Assembly: GCA_049997875.1 (NCBI GenBank)
Contig: JBEKRC010000004.1
Span: 8,928-72,927 of the forward strand
Direction of reading: 5' to 3'
Source: Minisyncoccia bacterium
GTDB taxonomy: Bacteria; Patescibacteriota; Minisyncoccia; UBA6257; 2-01-FULL-56-20
Length of the DNA: 64,000 nucleotides
Positions within the stretch are counted from its first letter, which is position 1. Every line of letters starts with the position of its first letter. The translations under genes were made by a program, and so were the position numbers. Under the pieces are notes generated by a model. It did not search any database and was not told where the DNA came from. It saw only the letters and a program-made list of their open reading frames with translations. Shown here piece after piece: positions 20,016-29,704 of the stretch.

Positions 20016-21385
20016 AAATCCCGCCGCAGAACCTTGAAGCTGAACAGGCGGTTTTGGGAAGCATCCTGATAGATAAGAATGCGATCTTCCGCGTGGCGGA
20101 CATAATCGTACCGGATGATTTCTATTCGCCTGCCCATGAAAAGATCTACGAAGCGATCCTCACCCTCTATCAAAAGCAGCAGCCGATTGACGTCTTGAGC
20201 CTGACGAACTTTCTCAAAGAAAGGGACCTGCTCGCGCAAATCGGCGGCTCAAGCTATCTTGCCGAACTCACGAACCAGGTGACGACAGCATCGCACGTGC
20301 AGCACTATGCGGGCATCGTGAAGGAGAAAAAAGTGCTGCGCGATTTGATCAGGGCATCGGCCGAGATTACCGAAGATGCATTCGGCGCGCCGCAAGAACT
20401 GGAAGATCTCCTTGATAACATTGAACAGAAAATCCTTTCCATCTCCCAAAAATCAATCCCACAGAATTTTCTCGCCGTAAAAGATGAGCTGAAAACCGCT
20501 TACGAGCGAATGGCGAAACTTCATGACGGCGGCGAAAAGCTCCGCGGGGTTCCCACCGGCTTTACCGCACTTGACAACAAACTCTCCGGACTCCAGAAAT
20601 CCGATCTCATCATTCTCGGCGGGCGGCCGTCAACCGGCAAAACCGCATTCGCCTTGGACATTGCGCGCCATGCCGCGCTCGCGGGCCATACCGTAGGCGC
20701 TTTCTCGCTTGAAATGTCGCGCGAACAGGTCATTGACCGCGTGATCTCCGCCGAATCGCAGGTGCCGCTCTGGAACATTTTGACCGGCCGCATCAAAAGC
20801 GACACGGAATTCGGCATGATCCAAGGAGCATTGGACCGCCTTTCCGGCACGAAACTTTTTATTGACGACAGTCCGTCATTGAACATCATGCAAATGCGTT
20901 CCATGGCGCGGCGCCTGCAGGTGGAACACGGCCTGGATCTTTTGATCGTGGATTATCTCCAGCTCATCCGCCCGCGCACGAATTCCGATAACATGGTCCA
21001 GCAAGTCACGGAAATCTCGCGGGGACTGAAGGCACTTTCGCGCGAACTTAAAGTCCCCATCCTCGCCGTCTCGCAGCTCTCGCGCGGCGTGGAACAGCGC
21101 GATCGCAAAGTCCCCCGGCTCTCCGACCTCCGCGATTCCGGCTCCATTGAACAGGACGCGGACGTCGTGATGTTCATCTATCGCAAAGACCGCAGCGCGG
21201 AATCATTTGACATCGGCGGCGAGAGCAATGCGAGCAGCGGGAGCGGCGACACCCAGAACGTTACGCAGATTCTCATCGCAAAGCACCGCAATGGCCCTAT
21301 CGGCGAGGTGGAGGTCGCCTTTGATCCGGAACGGGTTACCTTCAGGAGCGTTGAAAAGCGGTACAGCGAACTTCCGGCATTGTAG
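19988..21385 (+). CDS. dnaB: Replicative DNA helicase DnaB
   Basis: PPQNLEAEQAVLG, GRPSTGKT, VDYLQL, LSDLRDSGSIEQDAD; no intein. Confidence 0.98.
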   Translation: MAATKKSQLKIPPQNLEAEQAVLGSILIDKNAIFRVADIIVPDDFYSPAHEKIYEAILTLYQKQQPIDVLSLTNFLKERDLLAQIGGSSYLAELTNQVTTASHVQHYAGIVKEKKVLRDLIRASAEITEDAFGAPQELEDLLDNIEQKILSISQKSIPQNFLAVKDELKTAYERMAKLHDGGEKLRGVPTGFTALDNKLSGLQKSDLIILGGRPSTGKTAFALDIARHAALAGHTVGAFSLEMSREQVIDRVISAESQVPLWNILTGRIKSDTEFGMIQGALDRLSGTKLFIDDSPSLNIMQMRSMARRLQVEHGLDLLIVDYLQLIRPRTNSDNMVQQVTEISRGLKALSRELKVPILAVSQLSRGVEQRDRKVPRLSDLRDSGSIEQDADVVMFIYRKDRSAESFDIGGESNASSGSGDTQNVTQILIAKHRNGPIGEVEVAFDPERVTFRSVEKRYSELPAL

Positions 21386-21464
21386 AATCGCAGAAGCATC
21401 GCGGAGCCCCGCGCCCGCCACTACCGCCCGCCACACCGCGCCGAAATCGTGCTACAATCTCTGC

Positions 21465-22079
21465 ATGAAGCTTCCCGCGCCGATCCAAAAGGTTGTTGAC
21501 GAACTTTCCGAGTTGCCGTCCATTGGGCCACGCCAGGCGATCCGGCTCGCATTTCACTTAATTAACGAAGGAAGGCAAAATATCCGCGGTCTTGCGACGA
21601 GCATCGCCGAACTCGGGGACATAAAAATCTGCGAGCGCTGCTTTTTCATCCATCAAAACGATGGCGCGCTCTGCGACATCTGCAAAAACCCGCACCGCGC
21701 GCAGGACATTATTATGATAGTGGAAAAAGAAACCGATCTTATTTCTCTGGAAAATACCGGCAAATTCTCCGGCCGCTATTTCGTCATTGGCGAAATTCCC
21801 AAGACCGGATTTCTTGAGGATTGGCAGAAGCTGCGCCTCCAAAGCTTGAAAAGTTTTATTGAAAAGAAGCCGTCCGCCGGTCTGGGCGGCAAGGCGGAGG
21901 AGATCATCCTCGCCTTTAATCCCACTTCGCTCGGCGACCTCCAGGCATCGCTCCTTATGAAAGAACTCGCGCCGCTTACAAAAAAAACCACCAGGTTGGG
22001 GCGAGGGCTCCCAACCGGCGGTGAAATAGAGTTCGCGGACGATGAAACCCTCGCGTCCGCATTGGAGGGAAGGTCCTAA
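21465..22079 (+). CDS. recR: Recombination mediator RecR
   Basis: LPSIGPRQAIRLA, C4 zinc finger, TRLGRGLPTGGEIEFAD; start at MKLPAP. Confidence 0.95.
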   Translation: MKLPAPIQKVVDELSELPSIGPRQAIRLAFHLINEGRQNIRGLATSIAELGDIKICERCFFIHQNDGALCDICKNPHRAQDIIMIVEKETDLISLENTGKFSGRYFVIGEIPKTGFLEDWQKLRLQSLKSFIEKKPSAGLGGKAEEIILAFNPTSLGDLQASLLMKELAPLTKKTTRLGRGLPTGGEIEFADDETLASALEGRS

Positions 22080-22534
22080 ACGGAGCCTGCCAGCATATCC
22101 AGGAGCTTCTTTGCTCCTTGATAAGGAGCGATTCCCTCCTGCACCGAACGAACCACTCCTCTCGTCCAGGTTATCCTCTCAGAGAGTTTGCAAAGATCAT
22201 CCTCTCCCTTCAAGCACGCATGCTTGATGAGAAGCTCGATCAGGTCCCTCTCGCGGTGCGGGAAAGAACCAGCATCCCCCAACGCATCGGAGATGGTAAT
22301 CATCTTGGTTGGGGCGTAAAGAGATTTAATTCCCTCTTCAATCCTCTTCTCAGCGTTCTCGAGACAGGAACTGATTGCCCCGAGTTGCTCCGCAAAGTGA
22401 TCATCACTCTCGCCGCCGGGAGCGTAATGGGCAAGATAAATCGCAACTTCGGTAAGAACCTTACCCCACGCTTTCCCTCCCCTGAACGTTTCGCGCTCGC
22501 TCCTCCGAACCACAATCGTGTCACTGCTGTTCAT
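22076..22534 (-). CDS. Hypothetical protein
   Basis: 152 aa ORF with GGAGG SD 5 nt upstream; no motif recognised. Confidence 0.55.
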   Translation of the reverse strand: MNSSDTIVVRRSERETFRGGKAWGKVLTEVAIYLAHYAPGGESDDHFAEQLGAISSCLENAEKRIEEGIKSLYAPTKMITISDALGDAGSFPHRERDLIELLIKHACLKGEDDLCKLSERITWTRGVVRSVQEGIAPYQGAKKLLDMLAGSV

Positions 22535-22627
22535 TTGATCCTCCCCGTGTCATATTCTGGGATCTGACGCAAAACCCACTCCCAGTTCTAGTTCCATATA
22601 GTACCATCAAAAATTACTTCTGTACAG

Positions 22628-23644
22628 CTACCCGTGGCGGACCACAAGGACGTCGCCATCTTTTACCTCATACTCCTTCCCTTCTATCCGTATCCATCCT
22701 TTTTGTTTTGCCTGGTTCCAACCGCCGGCTTCCATCAGTTTGTCGTAGCTGACCACTTCAAGCCGAATGAACTTCTCCTCAAAATCGGTGTGGATGACGC
22801 CCGCCGCCTGCGGGGCCTTCGTGCCGCGCACGATCGTCCACGCGCGCGTCTCGTCCTCCCCGGTCGTGAAAAAGCTCACGAGACCGAGCACTTCGTACGC
22901 TTTCTTGATAAGCTCCGGCACCGCCTCCGCGCTCGCAAGATCGGCGATGAGATAATCGGCGCCGAGCGATTTTATTTTTGCCACGAGCTCCTGCGGCACG
23001 TCGCTTCCCTTGCCGTTCAAAAGATAGATCTGGCGCTTCAATGTCAAAGGGTTGAGGTCGTTCAGGCGACCATCGGCGCGGAGATCGTGCGCGAGCGCAG
23101 CATCGCCGATGGGCAGGTTTCCGTCCTCCAAGCATTTCTTGAGCCGCGCGAGGAGTTCTTTGTCCTGCGCCGCTTCTTTTTTTCCAGCCCGCGTTTCGGC
23201 TTCGGCCTTCGTAAAGCGTTTATCAACCGATTCCAGATCTTTCAAAATCAATTCGGAATTTATAATCTCCAAGTCGCGCAACGCGTCCACAGAATTTTCC
23301 ACATGGATAATCTCCGGATTTTGGAACGCGCGGAGCACCGTGACGATCGCCTGCGTGTCGCGAATGTGCGAAAGGAACTGGTTGCCAAGTCCCTCGCCCT
23401 TGTAGGCGCCCTTCACGAGCCCCGCAATATCATAAAATTCCACCACTGCGGGAATTTTCTTTTTTGATTTTGACAACGCGTCCAGTTTCTCCAACCGTTC
23501 GTCGGGAACCGCAACGACGCCCACGTTCGGATCAATCGTCGCGAAGGGATAATTCGCAATCACAATGTCCTGTTTCGTCAAAACCTTGAACAGTGTTGAT
23601 TTGCCGACGTTCGGAAGCCCCACGATGCCGATGGATAGTTTCAT
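22628..23644 (-). CDS. ychF: Ribosome-binding ATPase YchF
   Basis: GLPNVGKST, NYPFATIDPN, GEGLGNQFL, TGS domain. Confidence 0.97.
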   Translation of the reverse strand: MKLSIGIVGLPNVGKSTLFKVLTKQDIVIANYPFATIDPNVGVVAVPDERLEKLDALSKSKKKIPAVVEFYDIAGLVKGAYKGEGLGNQFLSHIRDTQAIVTVLRAFQNPEIIHVENSVDALRDLEIINSELILKDLESVDKRFTKAEAETRAGKKEAAQDKELLARLKKCLEDGNLPIGDAALAHDLRADGRLNDLNPLTLKRQIYLLNGKGSDVPQELVAKIKSLGADYLIADLASAEAVPELIKKAYEVLGLVSFFTTGEDETRAWTIVRGTKAPQAAGVIHTDFEEKFIRLEVVSYDKLMEAGGWNQAKQKGWIRIEGKEYEVKDGDVLVVRHG

Positions 23645-23693
23645 GAGAAGAGTAACAAATAAGCCGCGCGCTCGTTCTATATAATATAAGAAT

Positions 23694-25217
23694 ATGAAAA
23701 GAATTGCGATATTTGCGGCAATCGGTCAAATTGCGGTGGTCACGGCACTCATGGTGCCGCTCGCGGGCGCGCAATCGGTGGGCGCGAGCGCAAGTGCAGG
23801 CGTCGGCCAGAGCGGTGGAGGTCAGACCTCACCAGCCATCATTGTCTCACCGCCGATGCCGATTGCCCCGCCGCCAACGACCGAATCCGGCTTCATTCAA
23901 TTCAACGACTTGACCGTGGAGAGCGTTTCGGCGACCAATCCGCCGGCGGAGATTCTCGCGACATATCCCACTCCCGTGGTCGTTCCGATGATATACAACG
24001 GCGCGGCGGGGGCGAGCGCTCCCGGGAGCGCAGGCACGAACGCGGGTTCCGCACCTATGGCTCCGTCCGCGGTCCCCTCTGCGGCTTCGGCATCTTCAGA
24101 AACCTGCTACCGGTTTGATTCCGAGAATTCCGCGACCGGCAAGGCCATCACGTGTCCTGTCCCTTCCACCGCTGTCCCTCCCGCGGTTACTTCCCCCACA
24201 TTGTCCAACACGGGACCGTCCGCTATGACGCCGTCTGCGGCAACCAATATGCCTATGATACCGGCGAGCGCCACACCAGGCACGAGCGGCTCCGTGCCGA
24301 ACATTTATCTTTATCCCCATCCCGTCCAAACCCAGGCGTACCGGATTGAAGTTGACGCCTCCACAGAACTTTATCTGCGCGACCGGACGCCCGCAACCTT
24401 GAGCGATTTTGCCGCAGGAGATCAGATCAACCTTTATGGCTATTACAACGCGGACGGCAGCATCCAGGCCTACCTCGTCCGCGATCTTTCAAAACCCTCG
24501 GAGAGCGAATTCATACAATTGAACAACGTTGACCTTGTATCCATCTCCGCCGCAACGACGCCCGCCACGCTCGTGGTCGCGCAACAGTCCATGTATCCTT
24601 GCTACGGTTTCGGAGCGAGCGGCAACGCGAAGCAATCTATCGCTTGCCCAATGGGCGTGCAGTCCTCCCCGTCCTCCGTGTCCAACTCCGCGCTGCAAAA
24701 CGTCCAAGTTCCGTCGGCGCTCATGCCGATATGGAACACCGCGCGAAAATACGTGGTGAATGTTGACGCGCAGACCATTCTTTTGGACAGCAATCGGACC
24801 AATCTTCAGCTCTCCGATCTCCGGGTCGGCGATGAACTGAATGTGTACGGCGAAACGACCGATAACGGGCAAACGCTGAATGCCGACATCGTGCGCGATC
24901 TTTCCATCCCGGCAACGCCACAGACCTATAGCGGCACCGTGACGCAAGTGAACAGCGACGGCTCGTTCGTTTTTCATACGAACGACAACCGCGACATCAC
25001 CGTACAAAACATTGTCCAACCCGGTGCCTTATTGCAACTCACCGGCCTCCTTAATCGCCTGCAGAACGCCCTCTCGCAAGTGACGAGTATCACAATCGCA
25101 CCGGATGTTTATCCGCCCCCTGCGCCGGTGCCAATGCAAATCCCCGGCATGCTCCGCATACAGGGTGGCAATGTGCTTCCGCCGACCGCAAGCGGCACGC
25201 CGAATACCGCGAACTAG
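23694..25217 (+). CDS. Secreted Pro/Ser/Thr-rich protein with duplicated beta-barrel-like (DUF5666-like) repeats
   Basis: Signal peptide; internal duplication (LSDFAAGDQINLYG / LSDLRVGDELNVYG; LVRDLSKP / IVRDLSIP). Confidence 0.75.
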   Translation: MKRIAIFAAIGQIAVVTALMVPLAGAQSVGASASAGVGQSGGGQTSPAIIVSPPMPIAPPPTTESGFIQFNDLTVESVSATNPPAEILATYPTPVVVPMIYNGAAGASAPGSAGTNAGSAPMAPSAVPSAASASSETCYRFDSENSATGKAITCPVPSTAVPPAVTSPTLSNTGPSAMTPSAATNMPMIPASATPGTSGSVPNIYLYPHPVQTQAYRIEVDASTELYLRDRTPATLSDFAAGDQINLYGYYNADGSIQAYLVRDLSKPSESEFIQLNNVDLVSISAATTPATLVVAQQSMYPCYGFGASGNAKQSIACPMGVQSSPSSVSNSALQNVQVPSALMPIWNTARKYVVNVDAQTILLDSNRTNLQLSDLRVGDELNVYGETTDNGQTLNADIVRDLSIPATPQTYSGTVTQVNSDGSFVFHTNDNRDITVQNIVQPGALLQLTGLLNRLQNALSQVTSITIAPDVYPPPAPVPMQIPGMLRIQGGNVLPPTASGTPNTAN

Positions 25218-25232
25218 AATAAAAATGGTCAG

Positions 25233-25260
25233 GGGCGGGAATCAGACACGATTCCCGCCC
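25233..25260. terminator. 11-bp hairpin between convergent genes
   Basis: GGGCGGGAATC-agacac-GATTCCCGCCC. Confidence 0.7.
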
Positions 25261-25267
25261 GCGAAAC

Positions 25268-25393
25268 TTATCCTCCTCCGCAGGGACTTTCCAAGTCCTC
25301 TGCGTGGTTTCGATTTGGAAGATATCTTTCAATATATCTCCCCTCCAGGCATTTCAACCATAGTCCCACCAAACAATATAACAACAACCGCAT
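25268..25393 (-). CDS. Putative 41-aa small protein
   Basis: MRLLLYCLVGLWLKCLEGRYIERYLPNRNHAEDLESPCGGG; SD AAAGGAGG 5 nt upstream; hairpin right after the stop. Confidence 0.5.
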   Translation of the reverse strand: MRLLLYCLVGLWLKCLEGRYIERYLPNRNHAEDLESPCGGG

Positions 25394-25518
25394 AGGAACC
25401 TCCTTTGGGAACAAAGAGCTATTTCAGACCAGTGGCTTTTCCCTCTGGCCTGAAAATTGGTTATTGCTCCTCTCGCCCCTCTGCTTTTCCCAACAACCAA
25501 TTTTCAGACCGGATGACC

Positions 25519-25545
25519 AAAAAACCTCCCTTGGCGGGGAGGTTT
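25519..25545 (-). terminator. Intrinsic terminator after the 39-aa ORF
   Basis: Minus strand AAACCTCCC-cgccaa-GGGAGGTTTTTT. Confidence 0.7.
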
Positions 25546-25572
25546 CGGTGTCTATAGTTTGGTTCTTTTTCT

Positions 25573-25692
25573 CTACTTTTTCCTTATTTTTCCATATACG
25601 ACACTTCCCCGCCTTTTTGTTGAAAGGATAAGCAAAAGCCCGAGGAGAAGACCAAGGGAGAGTGTCAAAACTTCTTGTCCAAATACTGTCAT
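25573..25692 (-). CDS. Putative 39-aa single-TM peptide (leaderless)
   Basis: MTVFGQEVLTLSLGLLLGLLLILSTKRRGSVVYGKIRKK; ATG lies 7 nt after the -10 box. Confidence 0.6.
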   Translation of the reverse strand: MTVFGQEVLTLSLGLLLGLLLILSTKRRGSVVYGKIRKK

Positions 25693-25699
25693 TGCTTCC

Positions 25700-25728
25700 A
25701 GTATGGGGCGAGAGCGCGGGTTTGTCAA
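25700..25728 (-). promoter_or_regulatory. sigma70 promoter
   Basis: TTGACA-17nt-CATACT. Confidence 0.65.
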
Positions 25729-25756
25729 TCCACAGAGCATGCCGTAAGATTTTCAT

Positions 25757-26635
25757 ATGGAAAAGCGTTGTCTGCCGGTGACGATCGTCACGCCGAAGAA
25801 ATATCTCCTAAATGGTCTCTGGTTCGGTGGTGACCGGCCACGGAGCGCGATCGTATTCGTGCATGGATTGAGCCCGTCGTCATCGGTGTTTTCCCATCAA
25901 AATTTCCTTGTCCCTCTCGCATCCGAGGACACCGCAGTTATCTTTTTCAACAATCGCGGCCATGACAAAGTAACAAGGATACGCAAAAAAAGCGGGCAGG
26001 GGGAAACCGCGGGCGGCGCACACGAGGTATTTACCGAATGCGCCGACGACCTGGAAGGGGTCGTGCGCCTGCTCCGAAGAAAAAAGGTGAAGGAGATCTA
26101 CCTGGTCGGCCATTCCACCGGTTCCCAAAAAATCGCGTATTATCTTAGCCGAAATAATAACCAGAGAAGGATCGCGGGCGCGGCGCTGCTTGTTCCGATA
26201 AGCGACTACGCGAGCAACAAAAAATTCGCCGAGCCCCGAAAATTCAGGCGGGCGCACGCATACGCCGCAAAGCTTGTAGCGCAAAAGAGGCCGCACGAAC
26301 TGCTCCCTGCATCCGTCTGGCCGGACCTCGTTGATGCACAGCGATTTTTGAGCTTGAATACGCCAAACAGCAAGGAAGAGATCTTCAGCTACGCACAGCC
26401 GCGGAAAATACCCCGGACACTCCGGAAAATAAAAATTCCGCTGCTTGTCGTTTTTGCGGGAAACGACGAATATGCCGATCGGCCAGCACGGGAGATGGCG
26501 GAATGGTTCGGAAAAAACATCAAATCAAAGCGAAGCAAGATTATCATCGTTCCGCGTGCGCGCCATGGCTTCCGAGAGAAAGAAGAGCGTGTCGCGAGCC
26601 TGGTGAAAAAATTTATTGCGACGGCAGGGCGGTGA
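25757..26635 (+). CDS. Alpha/beta hydrolase (DUF1749-like)
   Basis: VFVHGL, nucleophile elbow GHSTG, GNDEY, ARHGF. Confidence 0.85.
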   Translation: MEKRCLPVTIVTPKKYLLNGLWFGGDRPRSAIVFVHGLSPSSSVFSHQNFLVPLASEDTAVIFFNNRGHDKVTRIRKKSGQGETAGGAHEVFTECADDLEGVVRLLRRKKVKEIYLVGHSTGSQKIAYYLSRNNNQRRIAGAALLVPISDYASNKKFAEPRKFRRAHAYAAKLVAQKRPHELLPASVWPDLVDAQRFLSLNTPNSKEEIFSYAQPRKIPRTLRKIKIPLLVVFAGNDEYADRPAREMAEWFGKNIKSKRSKIIIVPRARHGFREKEERVASLVKKFIATAGR

Positions 26636-27482
26636 CGTACGCCGGCAGTTTCGTGAGATCTATCCCCGCGACGCCGGTCCTGCCGTCAATCGTAAACGTG
26701 AATCCGAACGGATCCTGCGGCACCGCGGGGATGATTCCTTTCGCGACGAGTTCGTCGGTAGACGTTGGATACGCGCCGTACTTCTGCTTATACGCCGCCG
26801 CCGCCGCCTCAAGATAATCAAAGTCGTTCAGCCGCGTGACGTACGCTGCGGCGCGGGCCTTCGTGTCGGGATCATTCGAGCTCTCGTACACCGTCGCCCA
26901 AAGGTTCCGCACACGATCGCGCTCTTTTTGGTCAATACCGAAGTTCAACGCGAAGCGCTCGGCGTACGAAGGAACCCCCGGGGTATTCGCGGCCACATTA
27001 AAATACCATGTGGCGTCTTTCAAATCCTTGAGCTCCAGATAATAATTGAGCGCCATGTAGTACGGAATGCGCCAATCGGGATCGGCGTTCGCGATGCCTT
27101 CTTGTCCTATTGCCTGCGCCTGCGCTACCGCGTCGGGAAGCAACTGTCTTGGTATCGCCGGAAGCGTAAGCACCGAGAACGCATAAGGATAGCTCAGCTT
27201 GGGATCCACGCCATTCAGAAAAGCGAGGTCCGGGAAATATTCCGATCGCCCATGGAAAAAATCCAAAATTTCCGGCATCGTCCCGGCCCAGAGGAACGAC
27301 CCCACCGCCGCGTGGAAGCCCATATCCACCATCCGCACCATCTCCGGCGAGGACGTCCCGGGAATCGCGGCGGAAGGCGCGACGCGCGTCGCATCATACG
27401 CATATTGGGCAACGATCACCAAGCCGAGCATTACAAGCAGAAAGGATATTTTGGGAGTCGCGCCGGATCGTAACAATCGCAT
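26613..27482 (-). CDS. Membrane-anchored TPR-like protein with GspG-like C-terminus (PilG/XapA-like)
   Basis: N-terminal TM, DWRIPYYMALNYY helical repeat, C-terminal YKQKYGAYP...ELVAKGII..VPQDPFG. Confidence 0.6.
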   Translation of the reverse strand: MRLLRSGATPKISFLLVMLGLVIVAQYAYDATRVAPSAAIPGTSSPEMVRMVDMGFHAAVGSFLWAGTMPEILDFFHGRSEYFPDLAFLNGVDPKLSYPYAFSVLTLPAIPRQLLPDAVAQAQAIGQEGIANADPDWRIPYYMALNYYLELKDLKDATWYFNVAANTPGVPSYAERFALNFGIDQKERDRVRNLWATVYESSNDPDTKARAAAYVTRLNDFDYLEAAAAAYKQKYGAYPTSTDELVAKGIIPAVPQDPFGFTFTIDGRTGVAGIDLTKLPAYVTALPSQ

Positions 27483-27484
27483 TG

Positions 27485-28249
27485 CTAGATTTCCTTTTTA
27501 GTAAAGATCCAGACAGAGGCCGCAAGGAGAAACGCCACGTACACCACCGCATAGGTGAGCGCAAACGCGAAGGACGTAAGGGGTACCGCAACGTTGTGAA
27601 TCGCAAGCGCGCGGACGTCAAACTTTTCCAGGTTCGGGAATATGTAATAAAACACCTGGACAAACCGGTATTGTATGCCCGTGATACCGATTACCTGTGC
27701 GTCGGCGACCAAGGAACTCACGATGTGGCCGAGGAAGAACACGGCGGACGTGTACACGATGGAGAGCAACGAGCTGGAGAACGTGGAAACGAAAAGTGCG
27801 AATGCGATGAAGAGCGCCATTTCAAGGTATTGCATAACGATAGCGAGAAGGCCAAGTGCGTCAAACCCGCCGTGATTGTAGGCGATGAGGCCGAGGTACG
27901 CAACGCCAAGGATGGCGGTTGTGAGCAGGAGCACCGCGCAGAGTCCCACGAACTTGCCGAGCAGGAACTGCGCCCGCGAGACCGGCTTTGAAAGGATGAA
28001 ATAGACCACCTTGCGGTCCACATCTTTGAAGAACGACGTGGTGCCGAGGAAAAGCGCGATGATAGCGTTGAAGAAATAGATGCCGGTGAGGCCGAAGCTT
28101 TTCACCATCGGGAGCTCTTTGAGCACGAGATCCGCGAGGAAAAGTTCAAAAAAAATATAAAGCAGGGCGAACACGATGATGCCGTAAAGTATCTTGTCGC
28201 GGAGCTCAAGCTTGAACGTATTTTTTGCGACGATAAAAATGTTCCTCAT
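27485..28249 (-). CDS. ABC-2 type permease (PilI/NosY-like)
   Basis: 6 TM, LSKPVSRAQFLLGKFVG motif. Confidence 0.85.
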   Translation of the reverse strand: MRNIFIVAKNTFKLELRDKILYGIIVFALLYIFFELFLADLVLKELPMVKSFGLTGIYFFNAIIALFLGTTSFFKDVDRKVVYFILSKPVSRAQFLLGKFVGLCAVLLLTTAILGVAYLGLIAYNHGGFDALGLLAIVMQYLEMALFIAFALFVSTFSSSLLSIVYTSAVFFLGHIVSSLVADAQVIGITGIQYRFVQVFYYIFPNLEKFDVRALAIHNVAVPLTSFAFALTYAVVYVAFLLAASVWIFTKKEI

Positions 28250-28956
28250 GTCTTCCCTTGTGCAATAACGGTCGCGACGAATTGTTCTTCAAGCGGCTTC
28301 CCGGCGCAGAACTTCTTCACCGACCCCGCGTAGAGCAGCCTCCCCTCGTGGATCACGCCCATCTCGTCGCACACCTCCTCAACGTCATAGAGGATATGCG
28401 TGTTCAAAAAGATCTTTCTCCCCTCTTTTTTGAGCGTGAGCATCACCTCTTTCATCTCGCGCCGGCCGAGAGGGTCAAGCCCGTCCAGCGGCTCGTCCAA
28501 AAAAAGATATTCTGGATCGCCCACCAGTGCCTGCGCAAAGCCAAGCCGCTGGCGCATGCCCTTTGAATACGTCCGCACTTCCGCGTTCCTCGCCTCGTAG
28601 ATGCCCGTGCGCTTGAGGAGCGCTTCATAGTGCGCCGTGCGATTTCCCCCGCGCGCGCCCACAAGCTCGTCGCAAAAGCGCATGAACGCGAGCCCCGTCA
28701 TCCGTTCGTAAAAATATGGCGTCTCCGGCATATAGCCCATCCGCCGCTTTGAGGCCACATCGCACGAGGCCTTCCCGTCCAGCATGATCGCCCCTGCGGT
28801 CGGCTGGAGCAATCCCACGATCATTTTCATGACCGTCGTCTTCCCCGCCCCGTTCTGGCCGAGAAATCCGAAAATAGGCACGTCCACCGCGAGCGAAAAA
28901 TCGTCCACTACGTTCCGCTTTTTGTAGGTCTTTGTGAGATGGGAAAATTCAACCAT
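28246..28956 (-). CDS. ABC transporter ATP-binding protein (PilH-like)
   Basis: GQNGAGKTT, YSKGMRQR, LDEPLDGLDP; start at MVEFSHL overlapping the radC stop. Confidence 0.9.
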   Translation of the reverse strand: MVEFSHLTKTYKKRNVVDDFSLAVDVPIFGFLGQNGAGKTTVMKMIVGLLQPTAGAIMLDGKASCDVASKRRMGYMPETPYFYERMTGLAFMRFCDELVGARGGNRTAHYEALLKRTGIYEARNAEVRTYSKGMRQRLGFAQALVGDPEYLFLDEPLDGLDPLGRREMKEVMLTLKKEGRKIFLNTHILYDVEEVCDEMGVIHEGRLLYAGSVKKFCAGKPLEEQFVATVIAQGKT

Positions 28957-29704
28957 ATTCCGCCGGGATGCTTTCGTATTTGGTTTTTGTGACAATCACG
29001 TGATCCAGCAAGCTGATGCCGATGATCTTCCCCGCTTCCACGATCTGGCGCGTGATCGCAAGGTCGGCCTCGGAGGGTTTTGACACGCCCGACGGATGGT
29101 TGTGTGCAAGGATTACTGCGGAGGCGGAATACTCAATCGCGGGACGGAACACCTCGCGCGGATGGATAATATTGGAGGTCAAACTGCCAATGGAAATCAC
29201 TTCGTCGTGAACCAGCTGATAGTGGCTATCAAGATAAAGTCCCCGCAGATGCTCCTTCGGCAGGTCGCGCATATCCTTCAAATATTCGTACACCTGATTT
29301 GCGGTCCGGATGATGACCGGCTTTTTCCCGTCGGCTCGGAAAAATCTCCGTCCGAGCTCAAAGCACGCCACCACCTGGCACGCTTTCACGAGCGGGATGC
29401 CGAGGGCTTCCTGTATTTTCTTCGGGTCTTTTTGGTGCACAATGGCGCTCTCACCATATTCCTTAAGAAGCCGGCGCGACATGGCAAGTACACCCTCCTT
29501 TGTGGTGCCTACGTTTAACACTATGGTAAGAAGCTCTGTGACTGACAATGCGCCTGCTCCATACTTCAACAGCTTCTCGCGCGGCTTTTCTTCTGTGGGA
29601 AGGTCGCGTAACCGAAGCACGTATTGTTTCTCTCCCCCATCCAAAATCAAATCGTCCGCACGCTGAACGTAGAGATTGCCGCGCAGTCCAGTGGAAGTGG
29701 TCAT
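28949..29704 (-). CDS. radC: RadC family JAB-domain protein
   Basis: KPREKL..G..ALS..ELL, HPREVF, AHNHPSG...PSEAD, LDHVI; start 29704 or 29725. Confidence 0.93.
   Translation of the reverse strand: MTTSTGLRGNLYVQRADDLILDGGEKQYVLRLRDLPTEEKPREKLLKYGAGALSVTELLTIVLNVGTTKEGVLAMSRRLLKEYGESAIVHQKDPKKIQEALGIPLVKACQVVACFELGRRFFRADGKKPVIIRTANQVYEYLKDMRDLPKEHLRGLYLDSHYQLVHDEVISIGSLTSNIIHPREVFRPAIEYSASAVILAHNHPSGVSKPSEADLAITRQIVEAGKIIGISLLDHVIVTKTKYESIPAEYG

Noticed and set aside
21207-21464. 86-aa N-terminal extension of RecR in the ORF track (similar extensions on smc, dsbA, rpmE, DUF1653 and the cytoplasmic kinase)
   Set aside because: Extensions overlap upstream genes or tRNAs; homology and -10 boxes point to the downstream ATGs
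25424-25756. 110-aa minus-strand ORF in the track
   Set aside because: It runs across a promoter and a terminator; better explained by the 39-aa leaderless ORF in another frame
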